A stretch of 62,454 nucleotides of DNA, counting the filler, from Hausera hauseri (taxonomy: Eukaryota), in the NCBI GenBank assembly GCA_046269625.1. It is 10 parts of 10 records of this genome, joined end to end, with 100 filler letters (N's around TTAATTAATTAA, not from the genome) between each part and the next. Parts side by side here need not be neighbours in the genome. Positions count along the whole stretch, not along the records: positions 45,862 to 53,365 come from JBJURY010010788.1; positions 53,466 to 57,646 come from JBJURY010716103.1; positions 57,747 to 62,454 come from JBJURY010466801.1; 7 more parts are not named here. One strand, given 5' to 3'. Below are positions 47,021 to 59,911 of the stretch, one piece after another. A model generated the notes under the pieces. That model saw only the letters and a list, made by a program, of their open reading frames with translations. It had not been told where the DNA came from and ran no database searches. Position 1 is the first letter of the stretch, and every line of letters begins with the position of its first letter. The position numbers were made by a program, and so were the translations under genes.

Positions 47021-47617
47021 AGATGGATGTGGAACAACATGTTGGCTTCCATAATCGGAAACGTAAAAGGAGACACATATTTAGTTATATGTGCAAATTC
47101 ATAAATGTCAATACGCGAAGAGATAACTCTGACGATGATGAGCCTAAAGGAGGAGACGCCGTGTCAAGGATAAATAGGCGCAAAAACTACTCCGTTATAA
47201 AACCACTCTTACCAATATTACCGCCAACTGCACCTATATATGAAGACTTTGACAAACAATCTCTGAGTTCATATCAAACGGATATCTATAGAAAACTGTT
47301 CAGCCTTGAAAATCCCTATGAAGGAACAAAACACTACTGTATATTGCGTAAAGTCTGCCCCATATTGTCATTCAGCAGTGGACTATCACGGTATAATTTA
47401 CTTTCCTAGAATACCTAGGCCGAATAAAATACGATCAACATTCTCAAGAGACCAGGAGATGCATAATTTCAGGGACCCAGAAATACAGCCGCCAGTTGGA
47501 AATCTGTAAACGAGAAACGTCAATTGCACGAACAATAAACTGTATCTAAATGGAGAGATAAGACAGCTAATCGACCAGCCGGTCGCAACCACTGAAGTTA
47601 GAATAAACGGCTATAAG

Positions 47618-50600
47618 GTGTCAACGATTCAATGTTCAAAAATGGCACCAAATCACTATGGTACTGTAGTCGAAGGTAGACCATTCGCGAAAATTCAGTT
47701 GGAAGATTGTGAAGTCCTCGCGTTAATAGACACGGGATCCGAGATATCCCTGATTAAGCACGACTCAATACCGCAGTTTCTAAGGAAACCACTATATCCA
47801 CCTCCAACAACAGATCCATGAAGTATTGAAGCTTTTGGACAGTCATCGAAAAGCAAATTCCGATGTAAGCCAGAAATTCACATAATAGGACAATCATTTC
47901 ATCACGAATTTTCAGTAATAGAACAGTTAACAGACGATGTAGTCTTAAGATGTGATCTGTTGAAACAATTACCCAATATAGCAATAGACTACCGTGCAGG
48001 GGAATTAATACAGCTCGGTCCGATAAAGGGAGTTAAAACCACCAAAGATAGGTAATTCGGAGAAATATGGATTCCAGTGAACGAGAACATTCCGCCGAGA
48101 ACCGAGGTATTAATATATGCTCAGATAAGTCAAGACGACGACCAACCGGTGTATTTTGAACCGAAGGAATCATGAAACCAAAGTATCGTACTCAGTAACG
48201 TATTAACAAGAGTATCGACTGGCCGTGTACCCATTAGAATAGCTAATAATTCACTTACCCGATCAAACTGTATGCCAATACAACTTTGGGATATACGTAT
48301 AGAGTATCGTCAATAATTATTGAAGAAAAACCTTACAAATGTGCCAAGTTCCCACCCCATGTTGAAACTAAATTTTCGTCAGAAACATACTGTCTATTTT
48401 ACGAATTGCCTTGTCATTATTGCTCAGTCATCGCAAAAGACAAAGGAGACATTGGCAGAGTAAAAGCCTTGAGTCTAGCAATTCCATATAAGAAAAAGCC
48501 TGGCTCCGAAATGGTATCCTCCTCCGCATTCATGATGTCGGACGTAACAAAGGAAGTTGAACGTATGTTAAAGTCCGACATAATCAGACCAAGCTGTAGA
48601 TCTTGGTACTCACCTATACTCATGGTCAAAAGAAAAGGTACTACAAAGCATCAATTTTGTATCGATTATCGAGCGTTAAACACACTTATGATGATAGATT
48701 CCTTTTCTTTGCCATCAGTAAAAGAAGCCCTCGATAGATTTGCTGGAGCTAAATGGTATACTACGCTCAATCTGCAATCCGGATATTGGCAAGTGCAAAT
48801 ACAAGAAGACGATCTCTACAAAACTGCGTATAAAACACACGACGTGTATACGAATTTAATGTCATGCCATTCGGGATAACTACTGGACCCACTATTTTTA
48901 CTCGAATAATGAACAAGATGCTAATGGGATTGGAACATGCGTTCGCATATCTGGACGACGTAATGATTGCATCGAAGACAGAAGAAGAACATTTAAAAGA
49001 TAGTGAAGACACGCTTATGAGAGTTGAGCAAGCTGGATTGAAATTGAATACCAAGAAATGTAAATAAGCTCAAAACGCTGTATCTTATATTGAACATATA
49101 GTTGGAGAAGGAGGATCGAAACCCGATAAATCATTATTAAGTAAGATATCGAATTGTATGGAACCCCAGAACCAAAAAGAGTTGAGACATTGGTTAGGTT
49201 TATGTTGTTATTACGCCACTAATATATCAGATAATTCAAAAATAAATGCACCTTTGTATCGTTTACTTAAAAGTCAATTAAATGGAAATGGACGGACGTA
49301 GAACAAAAAGCATTCGACGAAATGAATAAAATGTTAACCACCGAACCCGTTTTAAGATAACCTGATTTTCACCTACAGTTTATAATTAAAACGGATGCCA
49401 GCAAAGAAGGCATTGGATATGAGTTAGCACAGAAACGATAGGATTAAGAACTAGAACACTCAATCATATACGGTGGACGATCACTAAAGAAGGCTAAAAA
49501 GAATCATTCGGTCACGGAATTTGAAACGTTGGCTGTGAAAGAAGCCGTACGACACTTTTACGTATACGACTACGGACAAAAAATTATAATTATTACGGAT
49601 CACAAAGCAGTTAAAACTTTGAAAGGTAGGGCAAACAACCCAACATGTAGACTCAACCGATGGATCGAAGAGATCTCAAGGCATAACATTAAATTTCAAT
49701 ACAAAGCCGGAAGCAAACATGTTGATTCTGCTGCACTATCAAGGCTTAAAACTAAAACAAACACAGTTACTGTAATGAGAAAAGCTCAGCTCGAAGAACT
49801 AGTAGACAGACAACGAGCTTTCACATTGGATAAAGCAATTAAAATTTCTGCTGAACAAAGGAAGGACAAATTATACAACAAATCGTTGAGTTTGTCGAAA
49901 AGGATATAACACCGAAAGGACACAAATTACGGAAACATTTGCAAAAACATGGTCACATATATTCCATAAGAGGAGACACGGGCCATGATAATGTACTGTA
50001 TTATGAGCGGAAAGGACGGAAGTTGGTAGTGATACCAAAAGGATTACGCACGAGAATACTAATGGACGAACATGACATATACTTAGCGGGACACATGTCG
50101 TGGATGAAGACACTAGAAAAAATATTCAATAAATATTACTGGCCGAGCGTGTACATTGATGTGAGAAATTGCGTGAACGCTTGCGAAGTATGCGCAACCA
50201 AATAGAAGAAAATGAAAAACTATATTCCCGAATTTAAACCGATAAATGTGCCAGACAGACCGATGCAATCAATATCCATGGATATCGTAGGGCCGTTGCC
50301 TACAACACGCAAAAACAATAAATACATTCTGACATGTATAAATCGATTAACTCATTTTGTCGAACTAATGGCCCTAATGGACCAAAGGGCAGAGACTTTG
50401 GCAGAAGCTGGGATAAGGAAAATGATCTTTAAATACGGACCCCCAAAGCCAATTTTGACAGACCGAGGAAGAAACTTTACGAGTGAACTAATCGAAAAAA
50501 TTACCAGAATATTCGAAATTGAAGGACTAACGACGACAGCTTATCACTCTCAATTTAACGGTATGGTTGAACGAATGAACGCGACAGTGATACGAATCTT

Positions 50601-51030
50601 GTCAACCGTTGTGGCGAAAGATCAAAAGGATTGGGATAAATTTTTAGAAGGAACGTAATTTGTCATAAACACTACAGCACATCCTGCAACATGTCTTTTT
50701 GATGTAGGTATGATATCCTATTCAGTGAACACAGAAGATGTCGAGCAAAACTTTGTCGAAGAATTACAGTCGAAACTACAGCAATGTTGGAAAATAGCCA
50801 AGAAGTTATCTAAAGAATACCAGGGATAATTTAAAAAGCAATACGACAAAAAAGCTAAACGGCACGCAAGGTACATCTCTGAAACTCACTCGGACGGGCA
50901 GAGGACCTTACGAAGTTATCAGAACCACACTGACTACAGTTTATATTAATAAAAATGGCAAAGAAGAGGTCGTATCAATATATAGAGTAGTTAAAACGGA
51001 AATAAGGCCAAATAAACGCTACAATCTGCG
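47618..51030 (+). mobile_element. pol: Gypsy family-2 pol (PR, spacer, RT, RNase H, IN), degenerate
   Basis: ALIDTGSEISLI; FCIDYRALN, LNLQSGYWQV, MPFG, YLDDVMI; IKTDAS, ITDHKA; H..AGH..C..C zinc finger; SMDIVGPLP, LTDRGRNF, GMVERMN; GPY. Confidence 0.93.
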
Positions 51031-51074
51031 TTTGGGTAAGGGAAATCCAAGTCAAACCAAGAAAGAAAAGAAGA

Positions 51075-51640
51075 CGTCATTGATAGTAACCAGACCGATA
51101 TCATATTCACAAATAATTCTTGCACTATCGCTAATCGCTTCGTATATACCAAAGGTAAAAACACAATGGACAATGGATTTAGTAGAAGATATCCACGGAG
51201 TTATGCCACATCTCCCAACTGAAAAAGAACAACATGCAGAAAGACAGAAAGACATACAGAATTTGCAGTCACTCAGAGTCTACGATATGAATTGGATCAA
51301 ACCCTGTGCCTGGTTTAAGGAAAGCGAATTTGTTAAGAACCACGTAAAATTTGGACAATAAGTATTGTACCCAAAAATACTGTCGGTACTGTTTAGAAAC
51401 GTGGACCTAAAAAATGAGAAAACGGCCTAATCAATATGTATAGCGGAAGCTGCCAGACTAAGATATTTCTCCAATGGAGAAAGTAAAAAGATAGTTGAGA
51501 TGTTTCCCAAAAAACCTACCACTATTAACCATTTTGACCCGCGATCTCCACGAGATGAATCAGATTCAGAAGCGGACATACGCTGACGAATGAACCGTTT
51601 ACGCGTCACCTATTCTGATGCAATGGGCACATCTAAGAGT
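51075..51640 (+). pseudogene. Post-integrase extension starting with a signal-like hydrophobic segment (short version of the contig-1 cargo)
   Basis: TSLIVTRPISYSQIILALSLIASYIPKVKTQW in frame after RPNKRYNLR; homologous to 3600-3480. Confidence 0.55.
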
Positions 51641-51659
51641 GCCGTTCAGGGAGGATAAA

Positions 51660-52380
51660 TGTTACAAAATGGACGATTGCGAAATACCGTGTACAAGTTT
51701 GTAAATGAATAGAAACGAAAGCGAAACTTAAAGTGAAAATTGAAAGTGAATTAATAAACAAATTTCAATTAGAAATCGACTAATTCATTGAATTGTTCTG
51801 GAAAAATACAGAAATTTACTGAAAATTGACACACCAAAACAACTAACTACCTGTAGTTAATCAGAACTAACCAATGTAAAATGAGAAAAGTCCAGAGAAA
51901 ATTAAAGAAAATCTCTACCAGGAAAATCCTGCCTACAAGTGACTATGCAAATGCTATGGCACAGTCTCCAGTTGTAGTTGTGAATGGACTCTTGTAATTT
52001 CTGAAATTGATTGTTGAAAAGAAGACTTGTAATCGGACCTACTAATCGATTTGATCGTGTTGATTGTCAGATATTATTTTATCGGTATTTTTTTCTTATT
52101 GTCAAAACAATTTATGTCCTTAAAATTCTTAATAGTTTCCGTCTCTCCTTACGAGGGACTAGTATCACAATAAGTGTTTAAAATTCATATTAAAATCTAT
52201 AGCTAAGTCGAGATTTTCGAAAATTCGCAAGCAACCGCACGCAGCACACGAAATATAAAATCAGTGCAAACATTCTAACGAGAACGTTAGAACTTATCTG
52301 CTAAATATGTATAAACTTTCAACAAGTTTCAATATTGTTATAGTTGGATGTTGGATAGGGCCCACATTCAACTACTAACG
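51660..52380 (+). repeat. Putative ~720-bp LTR of Gypsy family 2
   Basis: Starts TGTTAC right after the purine tract AGGGAGGATAAA (51648-51659); ends ..ACTAAC just before the PBS; no second copy in the window. Confidence 0.7.
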
Positions 52381-52382
52381 TT

Positions 52383-52399
52383 TGGCGACGCTAGCAGAA
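52383..52399 (+). promoter_or_regulatory. Primer-binding site, resembling the tRNA-Arg type
   Basis: TGGCGACGCTAGCAGAA between the LTR end and gag; tRNA identity is tentative. Confidence 0.65.
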
Positions 52400-52618
52400 T
52401 AATTTGTAGTTGCTAGACTTTGAATCTTAGTGAAAAGTAACGACATATTAGCGATCAGCGCTACCACATCGAATAATAGATTATAGAATTATCTGAGACA
52501 AATTTAGTTAATATTGAACGTATTGTTTTGAACGCTGCTGAACAACCTATAGAATTTAAAGTTTCTGAGGATTAGAACTCGTAAGTTAATTAAGCAAAAT
52601 TTAATAAACGTTGAAAAC

Positions 52619-53365
52619 ATGGTCGAAAATCAAGTTGTAGCACAGAAGCTGGACATGTTTACATTTCAATCTCGGAATCTGCCGGCGTACGACGGAGACC
52701 CAAACGGACTTAATGGAATTTTGCTAACTTATAAGCTGCACGCAGAAGGTGCTGGACTCGCATCTAACGTAATGATTAAACATTTTTTACTATATTTGAA
52801 GAATTTGGCCGCTGATGTCTATAGTGAACTCACTGATGACGGAAAGAAAACTTGGTCTTTCCTGGTAGGAGCCTTAAACCGAAAATTATTGCCGACGGCA
52901 ACTCCGCAACAAAAGCTCATAGACTTTTAGAATGGGGTGCAACAGAAAGGTGAATCGATAACCCGGTTTGCATTTGCATTAAAGAAACTTGCTAATAGCT
53001 ATGTGAATACTTTAAGAATAGCAAAAATAGATAAGGCTAAAAGTGACTCAGAGAATAAAGCCACAGAGAAGGCAATCCCTCCAGATTTGGACGCCATGAT
53101 AATGAAGCAGTTAATAAATGGCATTTGGTCTAGAGATATAGCGAAACAGCTGATTTTAGCACGATCAGAAAATTTTGACAAAACCCTGCAGTTATCTTAA
53201 CATTTAGAATTGGCACTGGACAGATATGCAAGAAACAATGATAGAAACGATAGAAACAATGATCGAAATGATTGTAATGATAGAAATCGTAATGATAATC
53301 ACGGAAGAAGTGATAGGCAATTTAATCGAAATTATGGACATAGAAATCAGAATGGTAATAATGAC
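52619..53365 (+). pseudogene. gag: Ty3/Gypsy gag (capsid) with an NDR-repeat tail, truncated by the contig end
   Basis: LPAYDGDP..LYLKNLAADVY..TW..L..AL..K; QQKGESITRFAFALKKLA; QLINGI. Confidence 0.85.
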
Positions 53366-53499
53366 NNNNNNNNNNNNNNNNNNNNNNNNNNNNNNNNNNN
53401 NNNNNNNNNTTAATTAATTAANNNNNNNNNNNNNNNNNNNNNNNNNNNNNNNNNNNNNNNNNNNNGAACCAAAGCTCTCTGATTCGTCCTCTACTCCTA

Positions 53500-54316
53500 T
53501 TGGCTTACTTCCTTCCCCCCGATGACGTGTCCTCTTCCCATTCGACAGTTTCACTTCCCCGCGATGACGTGTTCTCCTCCTATTGGCTTCCCTCTTTCCC
53601 TGGGGGGGTTTGGTGTGAACTCCTCCCTTCCAGCTACTTATGTGGTTCTTTTCATGGTCCAGCCAAGTTTTGGGGCTTCCCCTTTCTTACAGATGGTTCA
53701 AGTAACATTATATAATAGCCTTCCCTTATTGTATGAGGTCTAAGTTTTTTGTCATACTGATTTCTGTATTGTTTCTGATAATCTAAAGTTAATAACTGAG
53801 CCAGTACCCATGCTTTGGGCAAACTTTCTTTTAGATATTCGACGTAGTTAAGTTTATAAGTCCTTAATGATTCATCAAGAATCCTCTCCAAATCTCTTGG
53901 CAATAATATTCCTTCCATTCATTAAAAAGGGTGGTAGTTGTGTGGCTGAATGTGGTGCTGTTCTTAAACCAAACATGCAAGCGGGGCTATATGAATCCCT
54001 ATCGTCTTATCTATCATTTGTAACTGTTGCTAAAATTGATAGTAACGGACCATTAAGTTTTTGGATCATACCATAACAACATGGGTGGTACGCTACTGTC
54101 TTAAGCTTATACATGAAAAACAATCTGCATCCGTCTGAAAACTTTTTTAACAAATTCTGTACCCGGATCCGTTAGAGTTTTCTTCAGCCTCCATATCAAA
54201 ACAATTCCCTCTATGAATAGTGCGTCTACCGAGAATGCTGACTTATCTGCCGTAGGAAAAGCTTCAGGGAACCTTGTTAAATAATCAACAAAAACCAAAA
54301 TATATTGATTGATCAA
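53500..54316 (-). mobile_element. Integrase fragment of another Gypsy family
   Basis: YILVFVDYLTRFPEAFP, LTDPGTEF, AYHP, YRNQYDKK, LAGP. Confidence 0.8.
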
Positions 54317-54319
54317 ATA

Positions 54320-57300
54320 TGCTTTACGACAAAACTAAATGTAGATAGGTACGATATCTGTCCTTCCTACCTCGGTGATGGCTGTTTCAATGACATGATA
54401 TGCAACAGGGGCTTGTGGTCGGTTTGGATGACAAATGGACGAGATAGGATAAGATGCTTGAAATGTTTTACTGCCAGAACTATGGTTCACAGTAAAGTGT
54501 TAAATAATGGCTTTCTGGTTGTCTGAGTTTTCGAGAGTAAAATTCTAAGCATTTGTTGACGCCGTTGGAAATCTGGTGTAGTATTGCACAAGTAGCTGTA
54601 GTCGGGTTTTGGATAGGCCAGTGTTTCGACGGTTTGTAGGCCTTTGCGTAAGTGTTTGAATTTGATGACTAAATTGGGAATCCACTGGATTAACTGCATT
54701 TTCCTCCCGAATGAGAGATATGCGAAAGGTGCTGTAAGCTCAGAGTAATGCGGTGCATTTTTATTGACGAAATGTGGTGTGCCTAGATAACTCCTCATAT
54801 CTGTAGTGGTCGCTGGTAGTTACATTTTTCAATTGCTGTAGTCGATCAGGATGTAGAGAATAGCCGTGAGGAGCAATGATGTGGACTAAGAAATTGACAC
54901 GTTTTAAAAAGAAGTTGCACTTGGAGAAGTTAACTTGTAAGTTGCTATGATGTAGTCTGTGAAAAATAAGTCGGATATGTTCATAGTGTTGTTTGACGGA
55001 GTTGGAGGCAACTAATATGTCATTAATGTACGGATCCGCAAAATCAAGGCCTGAGAGAACCGTGTTGACGTGACATTGAAAAGTTTGGGCTGCCTTACGT
55101 AAATGGAATGACATAAAGATTTATGCGTAAAGGCCGAATGGAGTGATGACAGCAGTCTTTGGAATGTCACAGGGTACAACGGGAATTTCATGATAGGTTT
55201 TGTGCAAATCTATTGTGGAATACGTATTGCTGTTGTTAAGACTGTGCAGGAAGTCCTTTGTAAACGGTGATGGGTAAGCATCCATGATGGTTAGATTGTT
55301 TTCTTGACGGTGGTTGTCATATGGTTAAAAAATACAATCCTTTTGCTACTACGTGTAATGATGAGGCCCATGGTGATTTTGACCTCCGAACGATACCAGA
55401 TTTTTCGAGTTTGTTAAACTCTGATTCCACGACTTTTCATCTACAAGGAGATAATGGTATCACCTTTTTTCTGATAGGTCTTTGATGTTGGGCGACTATG
55501 TGGTGATAAGTTGTTGATGGGGCTTAAAACTAGAGTCCTTTTTGAATATGCGAGAACAAGAAGAAATTATGTAGCATTTGAGATTGGAATCTAGCGATGA
55601 AAATGATTGAGGCGGTTGCTGTGATTGGCGAAGAACGACCGACATCGCTACCATGAATATTTAGTTTAGCCGACTGTTTCAAAATCGACTTGGATATGTT
55701 AGATGTAATAGAAAAAGTAGATAAATTACTAAATGTATCGTTATCAACCGAAGAATATTTTGTCTAATTCACACATGAGATAGCAGATAAAAACAACGAA
55801 GTGCCTGTTGGTCTGTTTGATAGACAACTGTTAACATTTACGACGGAGTTTCTGCGTAGTAAACAGCCATACTTGCAATCAACTAGCGGATGTTGTGCGG
55901 CCAAAATGTCTGAGCCGATTATGGGCGATTTAATACTGTCCACGCGGAATTTCCAAAAAGAATGTCTAATGAGTTTAAATATGTAAAAATCAGTTCCGTG
56001 GTACCTTCAATGCGCAAAGGTTGACCGCTGACAGTGAAAAGCAATGGAGAAGAAACTGCAATGGATGTAGAGACGAAGGACAAAGGAAGGGGTGAAGAAG
56101 CAGCTCCTGAATCGATAAGAAAATCTATATGTGAAGCATTGGTAGAGAACAATGCAGCTTTTAACAGAAAAACTGCGAAGGCAGTGTTAATGCGGCCAGA
56201 ATTATGAGTGGTATTGCCTATTCCAGAATGTGCCGTGGCATCTAGCGGCGTTTTTAGCTTTTTGAAGATTGTGGAGAAAAGAATGTGAGTGATAAGAAGG
56301 AGGAGGATGAGAAGAGGACGAAGAAAAACTGAAGTAGTTTTTGTAGTGTTTACATCTCGGCACACACGATCGGGCTCGAGACAGAAAATTTGTGTGATAC
56401 ATGCAGATAGGGCTTTCTACCGCAAAACGCTTGTCATAAAATATGCAGCCAAAGAGACATTTCTGTGCGTCTCTGCGAAATTTATTGTGATAAAAATACA
56501 TCATTCGTCCTCCCGGAGATTACTTAGTTGGGCCATGATGGTTAAAACTGAATGTTGTAGAGTATTTTATTGTTTCTGATTAATTGTACCTGCTGTGCGA
56601 AAACAGTTGTAATTTGTAAAATTTCAAAACCTTTATCACCCAGTAAAGCAGGTTCGTTGACGAAAGTAAGGAGTGCCCTGAAGGAAGTGGGCAAAGAGGA
56701 GAGGAAATAACGACGATGGAAATATGTATTGTTGGTGGGAGTAACGCCAAGAGCACTTAGCTGTGAAATAGGGGTACGCAGAAAGTCAGAAAATTTTTAA
56801 ATGCATGTAAGGTGCTAGTTAAAGCATTTCTGTATTATATTATCAATCTACTGCTCGGTAGCATGAAGAACAGATTCATAAAGCATGTCGTATGGTGTTG
56901 AAGACGTAAAATATCAGCAAGATTATTGATGTGATGCTTGATATTTGCTGGAAGAAGTAACAAGCTGTTGGCGCGCAAGAAAGAATCGGCAATATGATTG
57001 GCTTTAAGCCATTGTAAATGGAACTGAAGCTACGTGCGGCTTGAATTAGTTTTATCGAGGAAGAACTCTGTGCAAGGAAGGTTAGGAGAAGCAGATGGTG
57101 TAAAGTCAGCAGGGCGACATCCAGATCTGATTTTGATGGAATTTTCTGAAGAAGGATCAGGGTCTTAACCTCCCCGAATATGAAAGTAAAGGGTGAAATG
57201 AATGATCGGAGAAGCGAAGGAAGAAAGTGAGTCAGAAAAATGTAGAACAGAACCGTAGTGCCACAGATAAAATTCGAAAGTGTGTAGAGAAGAAGATAGA

Positions 57301-57493
57301 GAAGTATAAAAGGTGTATGCAATGTCTGTGTTTCTAGTGTGTATGGTAGAGATGTGTGTATTATTTTTATAAACAAAAGAAAGGGGTTGAAGAGTTCCAG
57401 GGGCGTGTTGGGGCGCTGGGCGCGGGTGCACCCAGGTTTCCGGCCAGGCGATGTTCGAGCCGCATAGCCTCGAGGCAGTCGCCAAAACCGATC
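54320..57493 (-). mobile_element. CsRn1-like Gypsy, copy D (5' half: Ubl-gag, PR, RT, part of RNase H)
   Basis: HFTLYFHIRGG*DP; two CHCC-like fingers; FLIDSGAASS; AAQTFQ, YINDILVAS; TDHKPL. Confidence 0.9.
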
Positions 57494-58439
57494 CTTGATG
57501 GCCAATGTTCATCGCAGACCGGTCAAGTGCTTCGTATATGTCAATAAGTTCAAAGAGTCGTGGATGTTTAATTAACCACACTTTATATTTCGAATAACCA
57601 TAGAAAGAATCGGTATAAAAGGTATTGTGAATTTGGTTATTCTAATNNNNNNNNNNNNNNNNNNNNNNNNNNNNNNNNNNNNNNNNNNNNTTAATTAATT
57701 AANNNNNNNNNNNNNNNNNNNNNNNNNNNNNNNNNNNNNNNNNNNNCTTTCAACAAATTATAAATATAATTTTTTTTCAACTTATTTTTCGTCATAAACG
57801 AATAATGAATAGCTACAAATCTAAATATCAATGTAATGTACATAGCAAATAAGTACCAATGAGTTTTGCGCAGATAATTCACCCGATCTTTTTAGAAAAT
57901 TCCAGAAACTCAGCCCAGGCATCTCGTTTTAATGAAATCAAAATACGCGATTAATTCGTACGCGATTAAAATCGCACTAAGAAACCCTGAAATCACATTT
58001 TTGGTACCTCCATCGATAATTCGAGGTAGTTCCATATTAAAATTTCGGACAGTCTCAGCATCGGTTGAGGCCTGTTCTCATTCAAATTTTATATTGTGTA
58101 ATGAGTACCTTTTAAACTTTAGAACCACCCTTTACTTGCAGTAAATCAATGATTTTGTTGCTCTGAAGATGAATGGTGAGTTCATTTTAAATACTCGTAG
58201 AATTTAAGTGTTTTATGTTTTATAAGATTTCCGCACACAGGGATCTTTTTGGCTATTCAGTCTTTCAACCAGTTCATCAGAGCTCGTTCCATTTTAACCA
58301 TATTTACATGCTGTGCATGAGTCACGCGCTTCACACCTGACGGGCAACCACTTGCAAGTTTTTTTTTCGTTTTATTTTATAGCCCGAATTGTAGATTCAT
58401 TTAAATTAAACGATTTTGCTATAGAGGATATTTTTTTGC

Positions 58440-59110
58440 ATTGAGCACTATCGATCGGTAATGTGCTAGATGACGGTGCCGTTAGGCACCGTTGCTATGC
58501 ACATTTTTGCACATTTCACAAATCGATAGCTGCATGTTACACAATTGATCGAATCGATCGGGACAAAGTTGTAATCGATAGTGCACATTAGTGCACATCG
58601 ACTGGTACACAGCACAGGTGTACTGCACATATGCAAGTGTGCAAAAATCAATAATATCGGATTTCCCATATTTCCAATATTGATGATTAGCACATGCCGC
58701 CGGGTGCAATTGAGTGCAAAATCGATGTACTATATGAATGTGCAATTAAAATTTAAATCGATCCCGTGCATTTCGAATAATATTGATCCAAAGTGCAACT
58801 GATGCAGACTTCTCATAGTTTTTTAGGTCCTAAGGAGTCAATTCGATACCACATTTAGTGGGGACAGATAGGAAGTGCCACATTGTAACCCGGGTCTTTA
58901 ATCTTAGATTTCCGAAATTCGGTGCACAACTCAAATAAATATCGATTTTCAGTGATTAGTATCGATTATCTTGACACTCAGACTTTTTGAGAAATCTGAG
59001 AGTGCCAGTCGATATCCCATGTCTTAATGCATCTATATAGCACTTCTCAGATATGTTACATGTGCAAGTGTGCTTTAATCAATAATAACGGTTTCCCGAT
59101 AAAACCTTTG
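58440..59110. repeat. Non-coding segment rich in ATCGAT/TGCA palindromes with a ~40-bp direct repeat (58628 and 59059)
   Basis: cat.tgcaagtgtgc...aatcaataat..cgg.tttccc occurs twice; many ATCGAT sites. Confidence 0.45.
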
Positions 59111-59911
59111 AAGTTGATTTTAGCACACAAGCAAGTGGAAATCGAAAAATGTAAAAGCGTACACAGAAACTAACGTGCTATATCCGATTAGGACGTCAGA
59201 TATTCCAAAACTCGAATACAAGTCGAACTTTTCGAATAATTGATTTTCTATTCGAAAAGAAGCAAAAATCAAAAAATCTAAAAGCGTACAGGGATAGAAA
59301 ACCATATATGCAGAATCTGAATATGATGTCAGATATTCGAAAAGAGGCTTAAATAAAAAAGCCGATTTTTCGATCGCATTCGAATATTCCAATACTACCA
59401 TCGGATTCCCCATGTCCGAGAACCTTTGTAGACCAAAAATAGAGTGTGCAAAATGTTTGAAACAATCTCGAAATGAATAAAACATTGAAAATTCGATAAT
59501 ATTCGGTCCAAAATAAATTACTGGAACAATCTAATCACTCCATTCGATTGCCCATATATGAAAACCTATAAGCAAATTGGTGCCCAAGTGCATTTAATTT
59601 ATTTGATGCATTAAAACAAAGTGTTCTAGAATATTCGAAATTATGGATTTAAAAAATCCATAAATGAGTCACTATGCTTTGATATGGCTACGTTTCATTA
59701 TTTCCAAAATCACTTCCACGAATGGTGAGATTTTTATTTGTGCCTTTGAAATAATTGGTTGATTTTTAGATGTGCAATCTATACAAACATTGCTTGGCTT
59801 AAATCCACGAGCCTGAAAATTGCCACATTACGCAGAAATAGCACAGCCATCTTTACAACAGGGCTGAGTATTTTATATGCCCTACATGTGAGGTAGTGTG
59901 CCAGACCAAAT

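Noticed and set aside
4248-57746. Regularly recurring TTAATTAATTAA as a repeat array, CRISPR or piggyBac target
   Set aside because: Always centred in N padding of identical length; it is an assembly linker
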